This document shows, one piece after another, positions 40,380 through 54,184 of a DNA stretch of 63,577 bases. The notes below the pieces were generated by a model, which did not search any database, was not told where the DNA came from, and saw nothing but the letters and a program-made list of their open reading frames with translations. Origin of the DNA: Octopus bimaculoides (Eukaryota); NCBI RefSeq assembly GCF_001194135.2, contig NC_068981.1, positions 150,060,351-150,123,927 of the forward strand. The letters are read 5' to 3'. The position numbers and the translations under genes were made by a program. The first letter of the stretch is position 1. The number at the start of each line of letters is the position of its first letter.

Positions 40380-41842
40380 TCTTGTGTCCGTCACTGTACA
40401 AAAATCACCACTATGCCGTACATGGCTCTAGAAATAGATATTTCTAAAATATGATTAAGACAAGAACATTTCAATGGACTGTAGTACTTGATTGATACTT
40501 AAACAGTCGACATCAATGAATGTAGTGTATGTATATATATGTATGTATGTGTATGAATGTGTATATATAAGTGTATATATCTATGGGCGTATATACATGT
40601 GTGTGTACGTGTGTGTATTACATATATTTACATTTATTGGCTACTTGATATCAACATTATTAGGAATGCATAGTACACATGATTTACTTCAGGAATTCTT
40701 TGATGTCCGGCGAGTTTATATACATAAATTAAAGACAGAAAGTGGAATACACGAGATTATTCCAATCTACTACTATTGTTTTGACTTTTGACTCATCTTG
40801 CATCTGTACTTCACAGGTGAGATGCTATGCACTCAATTGCTTTGCATCACAGGTGCAGATTGCATCTTGTCATGTGACTTTTTAAACAAGTACACCATTC
40901 TTTCTTCTCTCTATTTTACTTAGCTCTATTACGATATGTGTTTAGGTAGATTGTGCATTCTAGCAGTTTTCATAAGAAATTGAGAAAGTCACAAAAAACA
41001 TTGTTCCCACTCTCTAGGACTTGAAATCTTTGCTCCGAGGAAACCCTATATATTTTGTTGAATGCAGAGAACTTAGTCAACAAGTCCTCTGAGTAAGTTA
41101 TAGAATGTAACCATAGACTGAAATACACCCTTTCGTGGTATCATAGGGAAAAATAGTGTTTTGGTCTAATCTGTATAGAATAAGTTGTTTTTAGGAGCGG
41201 TGTTCACTATTTTGTATAAAATATTCTTACATCTGATGCATCGAAAATCATATTTAGAAAACAATAGAAATGCGACAATTTTGTTTTTAACAATATAATT
41301 TAATTTTAAATTAAGTGCAATTGTTTTTTATGAAATACATTTACAATTTTTTTTTTGTTTTACACAGTCTATCGTTTTATGAGAAACTAAATGTAAATAT
41401 ATTTACATCGAAGCAGAAATTACACTTATTCTTATTTTCAAATCTCGAGAATATATCTTCAATTGTTTTGTGTATTTCTTTATATGCATTATTGTTTCAT
41501 ATAGTGTTCCACTTACAATGAAAATATATGAATGTCATAATTCTTTATCGGGAAGAGCAATTATAATTATCTCTGACGTAAGCACACTTTCACAAGCAGA
41601 GTATAGTATATTGAATCAATTCAAAGACCTACGAAGGATGTATCAGTTGATCGTGGAGGGATTTTATCGTAGGAGTTAAAAAGACGTAACCCAATGCAAC
41701 ACACTCTTGTGTCCGTTACTGTACAAAATCACCACTATGTCCTACATGACTCTAGAAATAGATATTTCTAAAACATTAAGACCAGAACATTTCAATGGAC
41801 TGTAGTACTTGATTGATACTTAAACAGTCGACATGAATGAAT
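40380..41842. repeat. ~140-bp direct repeat pair (40380-40521 and 41705-41842)
   Basis: TCTTGTGTCCG...GAACATTTCAATGGACTGTAGTACTTGATTGATACTTAAACAGTCGACAT present twice, roughly 90% identical. Confidence 0.92.
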
Positions 41843-43199
41843 ATAGAGTCTAACATATCCTTCTAAAAGACATTAACGATTTCGTGACATGGTTTATAAT
41901 TTATGGTTATTGCAGATAACTTTCTTAACCCGACGTCAAATTATGTAGATAATAATAATCTGTAATTATGATTTATGTAAAACCGTTTTCGAAATTTAGG
42001 ACATTAAGACATTATAACAATTCATTCAAACAACAATAAATCATTTTACTATTTTTAAATATATTTTCTACATATGTTTATGGAAATATAAAATTCGACG
42101 AAGATATAAAAATATTCTTCATTCAAAGATCATGGAAATCAAGAATCCATATATGACTTATATATTATTATCGAGAAACACGTGGTTCATTTGACAGATT
42201 TAATGTTTTAGCAAAGAAACTCTGATTTCACTAATCAAAAGCTTCTCTGAAATAATTATTTCACAATATTACAGTGAAACTCCGGAGTTTTGAAAGAATT
42301 AGATTCGAAATAAGTTCTCCCCGAAACAAGACGTCAAAGAAATGGAGTGGGGCTATATAGTCAAATATGTCCTTTCATGTAACATAAACACTCATCTACT
42401 TAAAAAAAATCTAGTTCATTGTGAATTTTTTTAATGCATTCGCACTGACTACTACAGTGTTTCCTAAACTATTTCCACCCAAACCTCATTGTAACTTTCC
42501 AGAAAAATGCATGGCCCACTGGTGGTTGGGAAGAAAACAACATTAAGTTTAATATTTCATAATTATATACTTTTCTTGAAGAAATATTCACTCTAGGGCA
42601 TTAGAATTGCACTATACTGTAACAAACAGTCCTCCCACTATGGTTGGCAGGAGCGATTGGTTAGGCTAGGCTGAGTATAGGTGTGATAGATTCGCTGTGA
42701 AAAACAATTATCACAATTCCATGTCCGACTAAAAAAACGAAAAAAAAAAATTGTATCTCATGCCCCACCACAGTTTTTTCGGCCCCACAGGTGGGAATCA
42801 CTAGACTAGTACAATAAAATGACAATCGGTAAATACATTGAGAAAAGAACTGATTACTGAATAAATATTAAATCAATTCTAGTAGACTTTAACAAAATTT
42901 TAACATTTGTAAATATGTGCACTCTGTAAATGATCTGTATTCAAGTTTACTCATACGTAAACACCAAAACACTGAATATTGAGTGTATCTTCCATACATA
43001 TTTAGAATATTCTAATATAATGTATGAACATGTATATATAGGGATATTTAGAATATATTTGGAAAATATTTTTCTAAGCATTTTGAATCTTTTAATGTAC
43101 TGGTTGCTGTTCATGGTGCAACCAGGTTCCAAAACACCGAAGTGATTTATGCGGTTTTCAGTTGAAAAACAAAAAGAGAACGGTAACTATGGCTATCTA

Positions 43200-43720
43200 A
43201 ACCGTTCTCTGGTTCTTGAACATCGGTTTTAGAGAAGAGGTGTGATGTCATTTCATAGACTGTGTTTTCTTTTTCAGATCATAAAGACAATCTCACATTT
43301 TATATCTCGACACAAGGAAGATACAGAAAAATGCGCATTCATTGGCTTTAAACACTTCCAGCAGATCCTTCAAATTAGTTGTTGGCTGCCAAGGCACCAT
43401 TTTGGTCATCCTTCACGGTATTCAATGTTTTCTACAACCTTCTCTTATGCATTGTGATCACAGTCTAGCGTGCGGCAAGCTCAGAGACAGTGATTCGAGT
43501 GTCCACGCGAATAAAATCATCCACTCGCAGAGGGTTTGCACCACAGCTCGTAGTTTATGATCACTAATTGAGTGATTTGTCTCCAAATGCTGGTTTCTTC
43601 TACATTAAACTTCTTAATTCATCTGTACAAATTGCTCTTCTTAGCATGATGTTGCTTTCCGTGTATTTCTGTGTATATAAGGCAGCCTGCTCCATTTCTT
43701 CGACAAGAACAACGCTATAT
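43200..43720 (-). mobile_element. Highly degenerate mariner transposase remnant
   Basis: Minus strand VDDFIRVDTRITVSELAAR followed by a WVPRQL-like region. Confidence 0.6.
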
Positions 43721-44629
43721 TGCTTCTAGTTAGAATATATTATTTTCCAGCAACAAGAAACTGAAACAAGAGTTAAAATAGAAGAGTTACTGTACCAAGA
43801 TCTGCAACTTCAATGACTTTTCATAATTATTAAAACATTTATGCTAACTTTTGCGTTAATTGTAGGACAGCGTCCGTGTACGTTCTTTAATTTTGAACAG
43901 GAGCCCTACGAGTATAGCAACATTTCAAATAAAATAAGATTCCTCAGTGATAGATATTAATAACAATCAGATCATACATCAGAATTATATAAAAGATTGA
44001 TTAAAAAGAAAAGCAGAATTAAAGCAATCTCTGAACAGGCAATATTATAAGAAACAAAATTATTCTTACTTAGTGGCGAAGACCTCTATGCAATCTACAT
44101 TATATCTAATAATGAACTATGAAACCTTTCACCGACAGGAAATATAACAATATCTGCTATTGATCGATTTCCATAATACAGGTGTTTCTATTAATTTGTG
44201 CGAAAGACTACGCAAGTCTAAACGAAAACGTTCAATGTCTTCTGTCATCGATAGATAAATATCAATAGATGAAAGTAGACCTATGTTTTATAGTACTTTG
44301 TTCGTGGGCATGGAGATATAATTGTAGCAATCACAGTTAATTTAAATTAATGGTATCATAAATTTTCATCCAAATGAAATATATCATACGCGTCAGTAAT
44401 TTTCAAAATTGTAATTATTGTCTCCCATAATTTAATAGAGTATAGAAACTAATTCAAATATCAGAATACTAATTTCTATATCCTACAGTTAGAACAGTAT
44501 CTAATATTTTTAATACGCAACTAATAGCGTTCTACTTGTAAAATGACCATTACATGAGAATAATTCTCCTCTTTAGAATATTGCTTGTATTAAGAAATTC
44601 TTGCATTGTATGTTAATGTTTAATGACTG

Positions 44630-44668
<39 letters not shown>

Positions 44669-45117
44669 NNNNNNNNNNNNNNNNNNNNNNNNNNNNNNNN
44701 NNNNNNNNNNNNNNNNNNNNNNNNNNNNNNNNNNNNNNNNNNNNNNNNNNNNNNNNNNNNNNNNNNNNNNNNNNNNNNNNNNNNNNNNNNNNNNNNNNNN
44801 NNNNNNNNNNNNNNNNNNNNNNNNNNNNNNNNNNNNNNNNNNNNNNNNNNNNNNNNNNNNNNNNNNNNNNNNNNNNNNNNNNNNNNNNNNNNNNNNNNNN
44901 NNNNNNNNNNNNNNNNNNNNNNNNNNNNNNNNNNNNNNNNNNNNNNNNNNNNNNNNNNNNNNNNNNNNNNNNNNNNNNNNNNNNNNNNNNNNNNNNNNNN
45001 NNNNNNNNNNNNNNNNNNNNNNNNNNNNNNNNNNNNNNNNNNNNNNNNNNNNNNNNNNNNNNNNNNNNNNNNNNNNNNNNNNNNNNNNNNNNNNNNNNNN
45101 NNNNNNNNNNNNNNNGT

Positions 45118-45155
<38 letters not shown>

Positions 45156-45299
45156 CATATATACACGTGAGCACAGAAGTGCAAAACAAGTTGGAAAAAA
45201 TAGTACTCGAATACCAAATATAGAATAATATGCTTTTTATGAAAGCTGCAAAATTATCACAGAACTGTTACTCAGAGTTTCACGTTCATATACATTGTT

Positions 45300-45730
45300 C
45301 CATCTTGAAGGGTTTTAGTCGAACACGTCGACCCTAGGCAGTTTTTGTATGCCCAGGTCATACCAACTCCCCACCATGTCGTTGAGGAAGCGTTGAACCT
45401 CATATTTCACCTCGCCGTCGTTGCTGAAGCGCGTTCCGGCCGAATGTTCTTTCAACTTAGGGGACAGGTGGTAGTCATTGCGTGCCAAGTCCGGACTATA
45501 AGGTGGGTTGCCATTTGTGGTCTTCTGTGAACATTCGTGGACCCGTCTTGCGCACACCTTCCGATATTAGAACTTTACACTCATAACTATGAATGGAGCT
45601 TTGTGAAACCTCAGGAACCAAAATGCAGAGATCATCCCGAGTTTTCCGCCAACTGTCACGTCGGAAATTGATAGTCGCCTGCTTCTTTCTTCGTCATGAA
45701 TTTCAGTACGACCAGCTGCAAACTATTTAC
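45300..45730 (-). mobile_element. Internally deleted mariner transposon
   Basis: GRTEIHDEERS..., YRKVCARRV joined almost directly to PPYSPDLARNDYHLSPKLKEH..GTRFSNDGEVK (YSPDL motif). Confidence 0.9.
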
Positions 45731-45927
45731 AGCCTTAGATATTTTATCTCATTCTGTTAATTTTTATATATATGCATGCTAATACACGACCTACGTTGGA
45801 CGCCTTTTCGTATCATTATCGAACCTGGAACTTAACTATAGTCTGTCCATAGCACTATCTCAGTGTTACCTGACACCTTTGGGTCTTCTTGACAACAATA
45901 CCTCTCATACCCTCGATATATATATGA

Positions 45928-45971
<44 letters not shown>

Positions 45972-46629
45972 TTATGCTTATACTTATATTTATATATTTA
46001 TATGAATATATTCAAAAATATATGTTTATAGGTGTCTGTATATGTATATGTGTGTGCGGGTGTACGAACTTATGTGTGTGTGTGTACGTACATAAACATG
46101 TGTGTATGCGTATGGTGTGTATATAAATGTATATTTGTGTGTAGATTGTTTTATACATGCCTACGTATATATACATAAACTATACAAATTTCTATATTTC
46201 GTTGTGTCTCAAAAGAATTTTCTTTTATTTCATAAACATAGACGCTGTCTTCTACATTGTTTTATATTCCCAACATTTAATTATTAAAAAAAATGCTTTT
46301 GATCATCAATTTTATAGTGTAATATATTTTTTTCTGGGAAAATTAACGATACTTAAACGATGACCTCTTCTACAACTTGGTTTTACAACCTTTATTAAGC
46401 GAAGGAAATTAGATTGGTAGAAAGGGTAGCATAGCTAAACGAACTGAATGTATGGTAAAGCAGTCTGATGTGTACTCTTCTGACTCTAGGTTTGATGTCA
46501 TTGTGTAGAATCTAGGAGAAATAATGGCTTCTGTTCCTCTTTTAGTTTGTATTTGTAATATACGATTTATCTGATCGAATTCTTTTCCTGAATGCGCAAG
46601 CTTATCAAGATCATCATTTGGTCAATTAC

Positions 46630-47022
46630 TCTTTTTACTTGTTTCAGTCATTTGACTGCGGCCATGCTGGGGCACCGCCTTTAGTCGAGCAAATCGACCC
46701 TAGGACTTATTCTTTGTAAGCCTAGTACTTATTCTATCTGTCTCTTTTGCCAAACCGCTAGGTTACGAGAACGTAAACACACCACCATCGGTTGTCTAGC
46801 GATGTTGGCGGAGACAAACACAGACACACTAACACACACACACACACACATATATATACATATACATATATACGACGGGATTCTTTTAGTTTCCGTCTAC
46901 CAAATCCACTCACAAGGCTTTGGTCGGCCTGAAGCTAAAGTAGAAGACACTTACGCAGTGGGACTGAACCCGGAACCATGTGGTTGGTAAGCCAGCTACT
47001 TACCACACAGCCGCTCTTGCAC
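46630..47022 (-). mobile_element. SINE family B
   Basis: Closely similar to 8280-8703. Confidence 0.9.
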
Positions 47023-47369
47023 CGAAAGAAAATTTTTTTATTATTATTGTTAAATATGTAAATTTAAAATGTGTATACGGAAGCTGGAGCTTTCGAAAAA
47101 GTTATCTGTAGTTACCCTCTCTCTCTCTTTGATTTTCGCTGAAATATTCACTGCAGTAACGTAGATGTTTTCTGACGGCACATATATTTTCTTCACTATC
47201 CCTAGCAAAATTACCAGGCCTATTATGATAAAAGTTAATGAAAAATATCCCTTGAGCTGCTGATTGCATAGTTATTCAATAAGAACGCGTGTTTTTTTTT
47301 ATATTTATTCTACAGCAGACTTTTCTTTTTCTCCAATGACATTGCACCTTGCTTTAGTGAAAGGCCGTG

Positions 47370-48250
47370 TCGGATTATACCCATTTAGGTTCCTGTAAAT
47401 CATATGTATGATGTCTTCCACAGAAATATGACATAATTTACATTTCAAGTTGTATCTAGAGGCTCCTAGGGCTTCACTTGATGTTTTGTTTATTTTGACC
47501 TCCTGATCTTGACTGTAAATGCATAGCCTTAGAGGTTTTCTGAAATACAGTGGTCATGAGTATTCCCCAAGTCGTCGGGAAAGATACCCATGCATACTCA
47601 TTTCTTTCTTTCTTTTTTTTTTTTTTGCATGCTTAGCGTTTCACTTTCAGGTCTTCTTTGAAGTTTGTTTCGAGGTTTTACGGAAAGTTATTACGAAAAA
47701 TGTACTTCCTGCTGTGCTCACTACCGACTCGTATTATATTGTGTTTTCGCTTTCCAGCACTAAGTTTGTGTATTTATTTTTGTTGCTTTTGTTTGGGAGT
47801 TGCTGTCTGAGAGAGACTACACAGCATTGGAAGGCTGTCAGCATTAATTTCATGCCCCCACCCCCTTCGTATTTACTTGGGTATATTCTGTCGATATCAC
47901 TCTTTCTGTGGAAGTTTCCATTTGATGTCAAGTTCTTACGAGTCTTTATGTCAATGGAGTGGATTTCCTCTACAGACAAGTCAAGACGTTCGAATGTTAG
48001 AATCAGCACTGGTACTTCTAATGCATTGTAGGATATTGTCCTGTTGTAAGAAGGGAGGTTTTGATTGCCAAATTGTTCTAAGTGACTCTATCATATTTTA
48101 CAGCACCATAAGTGTGTAAATCTCAGAGAGGAATATGTTGAATAAAATCATAATTAACTGATGCTTCTGTATTTTCTGTCACCCAAAGCCAAGAACTTTT
48201 CTGCATCCCCTACCGTAGAGAAACCGCTGGACTGATTTTGCATGTACGAA
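47370..48250 (-). mobile_element. R4/Dong-clade LINE internal fragment (post-RT to zinc-knuckle region)
   Basis: DIKTRKNLTSNGNFHRKSDIDRIYPSKYEGGGGM and CKLCHISVEDIIHM; similar to 22500-23060. Confidence 0.85.
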
Positions 48251-48452
48251 TGCATGTACCTATATCTTCTCTTTCTCCTTTAAATTTTAAAGGAAATTTT
48301 GACCGGTCACCTACTAATTAGTAGCGACGTTGTGAAGGAAGATATCTTCTTTAAACCAACATCTTTTAAATCTCAATATCTTGCAGATTTTTATAGTCCC
48401 AGATGCCGTTATCATTTGTTTGTTTGTATGTATATTTGTTTATATATATATG

Positions 48453-48491
<39 letters not shown>

Positions 48492-48865
48492 NNNNNNNNN
48501 NNNNNNNNNNNNNNNNNNNNNNNNNNNNNNNNNNNNNNNNNNNNNNNNNNNNNNNNNNNNNNNNNNNNNNNNNNNNNNNNNNNNNNNNNNNNNNNNNNNN
48601 NNNNNNNNNNNNNNNNNNNNNNNNNNNNNNNNNNNNNNNNNNNNNNNNNNNNNNNNNNNNNNNNNNNNNNNNNNNNNNNNNNNNNNNNNNNNNNNNNNNN
48701 NNNNNNNNNNNNNNNNNNNNNNNNNNNNNNNNNNNNNNNNNNNNNNNNNNNNNNNNNNNNNNNNNNNNNNNNNNNNNNNNNNNNNNNNNNNNNNNNNNNN
48801 NNNNNNNNNNNNNNNNNNNNNNNNNNNNNNNNNNNNNNNNNNNNNNNNNNNNNNNNNNNNNNNNA

Positions 48866-49330
48866 TTTTTGGTTATCTCACCCCATCAAAAATTGAGTTA
48901 TCTCCTCCACCCCCGCTTTACGAGAAATATCTGTACTTTTGGGTATCTCCTTCAACTAATAAAATTGTTTAACCCTCAATAAAATAAAACAAAAAAAAAT
49001 GAAAAATTAATAAACGTAAAATGTTAAAAGATGAAACATCTTATTGAATCTGATAACATTTTTATAACAAATCATACAAAGCAGAAAAAATTAATAAACA
49101 TGAAATCAGAAAAGATTAAACATCTTACCGAATCTGATAACATTTTTATAACAAATCATACCATTCCGATTGAGGAGGCCAAACGTCAAACAATGTGTTG
49201 AAGTATTAAATCAAAAGGATCCAACTCTTTTTAATCCAATCTATTGTCGCCACATTAACTCGATTTTTTAGTCGGGAGATAACCCAATTTTTTAATGGTA
49301 ACTTTTTAATGGGGGTGAGACAACCAAAAA
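48866..49330. mobile_element. MITE/foldback-like element with ~40-bp inverted termini
   Basis: TTTTTGGTTATCTCACCCCATCAAAAATTGAGTTATCTCC versus the reverse complement of 49274-49330; internal tandem duplication at ~49025-49165; left end abuts a gap. Confidence 0.7.
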
Positions 49331-49404
49331 GTACCAATAAATAATTAAATACACACACACACACACGATACAATCATGCATGCACGCGCAGACGTTTGTG
49401 TGCA

Positions 49405-49560
49405 TGAGTACATAAGTAGTTACGTAGTTTGCTTCGCAACCATGAGCTCTCGTGTTTGATCCTGTGGTATAGCGTTTTCTGCAAGTGATTTTGCATGAGC
49501 CTCGGAGTCGACCCAAGTCCCGTGACTGGATTTCAGCAGGCGGAAGCTGTCCCATAATTC
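49405..49560 (+). mobile_element. Degenerate SINE family B, 5' half
   Basis: Resembles GGTAAGTAGCTTGCTT..AACCACATGG...GCCTCGGGCCGACCAAAG. Confidence 0.55.
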
Positions 49561-49794
49561 GTATCAGTAATTCTAAAGTTCTGTCTTGTTATACTGCCAC
49601 TCAAAATCAACTTCCCATTTATGTTAGCAGTGCACATGTCAATGGCATATTCAGCCATGCAAGTTCACTGACGTCTCGAAACTTCGACAGGAAAACCTAA
49701 GAAACCAGTGCCCCTTATACGAAAACATTTGCCATATCTGTTTACATTTTATTTCGAGTATACATTTCTGTGTCACTCACGAAGTAAGAAATTT

Positions 49795-49965
49795 TGATGG
49801 AAGGACTAAGTCGATTACGTCTACCCCAGTACTCAACTGGTACTTAAATTTTCGACCCCGAAGGGATAAAAGCTAAAGTCGACCGCGACAGAATTTCAAC
49901 TCCTGAACGTAAAGACGGACGAAATGCAACTAAGCATGTTGCCCGGGGGGTGCTCGCCGCCTTAA
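49795..49965 (-). mobile_element. SINE family C
   Basis: Matches the family consensus; flanked by TAATAATAA. Confidence 0.85.
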
Positions 49966-50643
49966 TAATAACAAGTAATAATAATTTAACTAAATACATA
50001 TCTAATTTTGTGAAAGCGAATTCTTACGGAATTACTACTTGTCTGTTTCCTGTTAGATTGAATCACTTTAACTAACCTACTTTTTGTTACATTTATCCCA
50101 AACTCCAAACACGCTTTTCCAACATGATACGCTTTTAAATTGTTCACACGCGCACAAACAAATAACGCCGTTCCTATCGGATATGCGCTTTTCCTCTAGT
50201 CATCTAACTATAACAAACATGCACACCGGTATCACCACCATATTCTCAATAAGCAATACCAGCAAATACACATTACACCTTCAAAAACCCCACTAAACAT
50301 ACCTAACTAAACAGTATGCTAACACCATCTATTCTTATGCCGGTTACCAGTCGCACACAGACACATGTGCATGTAGACAAACACTCCACACCCTTCATGA
50401 CTTCCTCTCACCGAATGGTATACGCACTTTATCTTCATGTATTCTTCCACAATTAATTTGAGTTAATTTTTTAATGGTTGACCCCCCTCTCTCTCTCTCT
50501 CNNNNNNNNNNNNNNNNNNNNNNNNNNNNNNNNNNNNNNNNNNNNNNNNNNNNNNNNNNNNNNNNNNNNNNNNNNNNNNNNNNNNNNNNNNNNNNNNNNN
50601 NNNNNNNNNNNNNNNNNNNNNNNNNNNNNNNNNNNNNNNNNNN

Positions 50644-50699
<56 letters not shown>

Positions 50700-51588
50700 T
50701 TCTGTACCCTACGTTCTTTTCTTTGTGAAGAGGAACGAACTTAAGAAACGTCAATAGGTTGCATGCTCATTTAGACACTAATTTTATATGTTAAATTTAT
50801 ACTGTATAGGCCACACGTTGTTCTCTTTACTACGTTGTCGCTTTCGTTGTAGTTGTTGTGTATGTGCGCGTGTGTCAAAAATGAACTGTAGACATAAAGA
50901 ACTTGGCGACAGCAAGTTTATAGCATTTAACAACCGCGAAGATTCTGTCTGTTTCTGATATGAATGTCTTCTAGCTAGGTAACCACTTATGGTGTAACTT
51001 CCTTCTTAGCAACCATATCTTTGCGGCAAGTTTGACAGAATGATAGCCGAGCTAAACATTAAACTCATAAATCTGACAAGTCGGGAGAAATCTGCCGTCT
51101 TAGTCACCACCAGAAAAATGTGGGAAGCCAATTTCCACTATAAACTCCTTTACTATCCCAAATAAAAGACTAGAGAAAGGGAAATAATCCGGTATAATCC
51201 CTCCATAACCATAAACAAAATGGATAGAAAAAGCGAGAGTAAATAATTAAAGCAAAAAAGAAAAGAGTGCATATATACACTTATGTGTACTATGCTAAGT
51301 GTATGTATCTATATTTGTGTATAAACTGATATGAATATTTATAGATGCCACAAACTAAGCAGAAAATCTAAAAGTTTAATGGGATAAATCTCATTCAAGC
51401 ACCAACGATTGCATACATAGATATACATATATACACAATAAATACTTGTTTCAAACCATACATTGAAAAGGCAAATTTAGTTTGACTCCTTTGTTTTCAC
51501 TTTCGCTTTTTCTTTGCATCCTCTCTCTCCCTCTCCCTCTCCTTCTCTCTCCTCTTTCACCCTCTCTCTCTCTCTCTCTCTTTCTCTC

Positions 51589-51622
<34 letters not shown>

Positions 51623-51936
51623 CCTCCTTCTTCCTCTGTCTCTTTCCCGTCTTTCCTTCTCTCAAGTAATTTAATCATACGATAGCGTGATCTATCTTTG
51701 AAAGAACACAACCTTTCACCTTAACAACAAGTATCTATTATTTTCATTTGATATATTTAGTATGAATGCCCTTCAATACTTAACGGCTGTATATTATTCT
51801 TCGATAGAATTTCTAGTTTGGCGATGAGGAAAACGGATTGACCATTGGAGTACTGTTTTTGTACGTCAAATTCTAATGCTTTATTAAAACCAATATCAGA
51901 AATAACTTGAATGAGAGTACACGCATTTACATCTCA

Positions 51937-53300
51937 CTAGCAGAGATACCCGGCGTTGCTGGGGATTAAAATGACATAGCTTGTATATGTATTACAGTTA
52001 TGTTGAAGCATGTGATATGGGAAAGTGCAGCATTGACGACAAAACATTTGTGGAGTAAATGATGGGCAAATTTGACTAAGACACATGTCATGCGTCCCTT
52101 TGGAGAATTCCAGGCCCTAACCTGTCATAGAATATTGGGGGTGGAGGGTAGGTGATTTTTGAACGCACGGAAAAGCTTCAGTGAATATACTCTCTTTGCA
52201 GTGGTCGGCACTGCGTCTAACACGACCCATCGTATGGTTGACAATCAAATTAATGTAGTTGTAATAATGGAGATATTGTACGTAAATAGGTACATTCCAG
52301 AAAGGGGCTGCAATGGGAGACGGCAACGAGGAAGTGAAATGTTTCAGAAGGCGAAGGGTTGACATTGGATTGCTGGTGTGGCTATAGAATATGACACAGA
52401 AACTGAGCCTATACAAGGGAACTTATAGTAAGGAATTACTTGAAAATAAGGCTTAATGTCTTACCGCGTGGTTGGTGGGAGTAATTGGAGAATATGATTT
52501 GATACTGAAGTCCATGCAAGAATCTGCTTTATTGGGGCAGTTTTCGGGCTTGTTGGTACTATGCCGAAATTGTATCCATCTTCACTATTTACAAAGAGCA
52601 GTGGATACTGGAGCGCATCGTAGAAGGTAGTAATTCCTACAACCTCTTGGTAAACAATATTCTTTGTTTCCCTTGTGAAACAAATGTAAATAGAATTGTT
52701 TTGATTCCCACTCTACAGCAGCCAACATATAATTGCCCGTGTGAGAAGCACGACTCTTCCAAGTGAAGTCCTACTACAGACAGTGTTTTACCCTGGAATT
52801 TATTGATAGACATTGTGAAGCTGATACGATAGGAAATTGCACTCCTCTGGATGAAAAAGGAATTTCTGCTCACGATGGAATGAGAGGAATCTTGGGTATG
52901 AAAACATCCTCTCCTTCTCCAGAGAGAATGGTGACCTCAATAAAATGTGGTATCATCTTCTCTAACACCAAGCATGTCCCATTGCAGAATGTTGGTGGAT
53001 CCAAATTCCTCAATAACATTACTGGAATTCCCACTTTAAGTTCCAATCTGTGCGGAGATAATCCTGGAGAAATTCTTTTGGATAATTTACCAACTCTTCT
53101 GGATCTGGGATTGTATCAACTGACTTATAGATGTGAGGACTTCCAGGAAGGTACTGCAGCAGCTGCTCATTAATATTACTCACAGTGCTCTTTATGGAGC
53201 CAGTATTGCTCTTTCATACAGCCAATTCAGATTGTGATAATTTTTCGACCAATCGAAGATTTCCTCTTTGGAGACATTATGTCAAGAAATATGTAATGTG
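51937..53300 (-). mobile_element. Helitron 3' portion (PIF1-like helicase C-terminus, terminal hairpin, CTAG end)
   Basis: PGLSPHRLELKVGIPVMLLRNLDPP..CNGT, GEDVFIPKIPLIPS, FTMSINKFQGKTLSVVGLHLEESCFSHGQLYVGCCRVG; minus-strand 3' end CCCAGCAACGCCGGG-TATCTCTG-CTAG|T. Confidence 0.92.
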
Positions 53301-53695
53301 TAATAAAATAAAATGACAGCTGTACGTTAATAATGAAACGTCAATAAAAAAGGTAAATGATATCAATATCTTAGCAAATTTTAAGAAATACATACAACGA
53401 ACTGAGATGATACTGTTATACTAATAATTAAATGTCAATAAAATACATTAACTAACATCAATATTTTAAAAGGATGAAAAACGTTCAGCGGAGACAATCA
53501 ATTTCTGAAAGTTACTTCACAAAGAGTTACCTATCCTCTCCACGTAACTCAGGAAAGGGTGTTTTCTGCTCCCAGGGAGCCCGTTGCTCATTATGTGAAA
53601 AGTTTTTAGAGTCTAAAATCATCTCTGGAACATAAGTAATGTATGTTCCCAGTTTGGAGAAAATCTGTTCTGAACTTCAGAACTTTTGCGGGATT

Positions 53696-53726
<31 letters not shown>

Positions 53727-53749
53727 CACACACACGCACGCACACACAC

Positions 53750-53800
<51 letters not shown>
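53696..53800. repeat. (CA)n microsatellite, one of many (CA/GT, CT, AT) in the window
   Basis: Direct reading. Confidence 0.97.
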
Positions 53801-53801
<1 letters not shown>

Positions 53802-54136
53802 CCTGACTTACAGTTACGAAGCGAGAAAACTCTGGAAAATATCTGTACTTGTATACTCCACCATCCCTTTATTTCAACATTCCATTGGAGAGAATACCTA
53901 CATAACTTTTGATTTTAGTGACCAAGAAGGTGGCAACCAAATTTACATCGGTTGGATAAAAGATTAATCAGTTGGGACTTTTAATATTTACTGCACACAC
54001 ACACACGCATTCATGCATACATGCATATATAAATACATACATACACATGTTGTGTGTGTATATGTATGTGTGTGTATTATCAAATTTTAAAATGTACTGG
54101 ACTCGTTTCGATATAGATAGATAGATAGATAGACAA

Positions 54137-54184
<48 letters not shown>

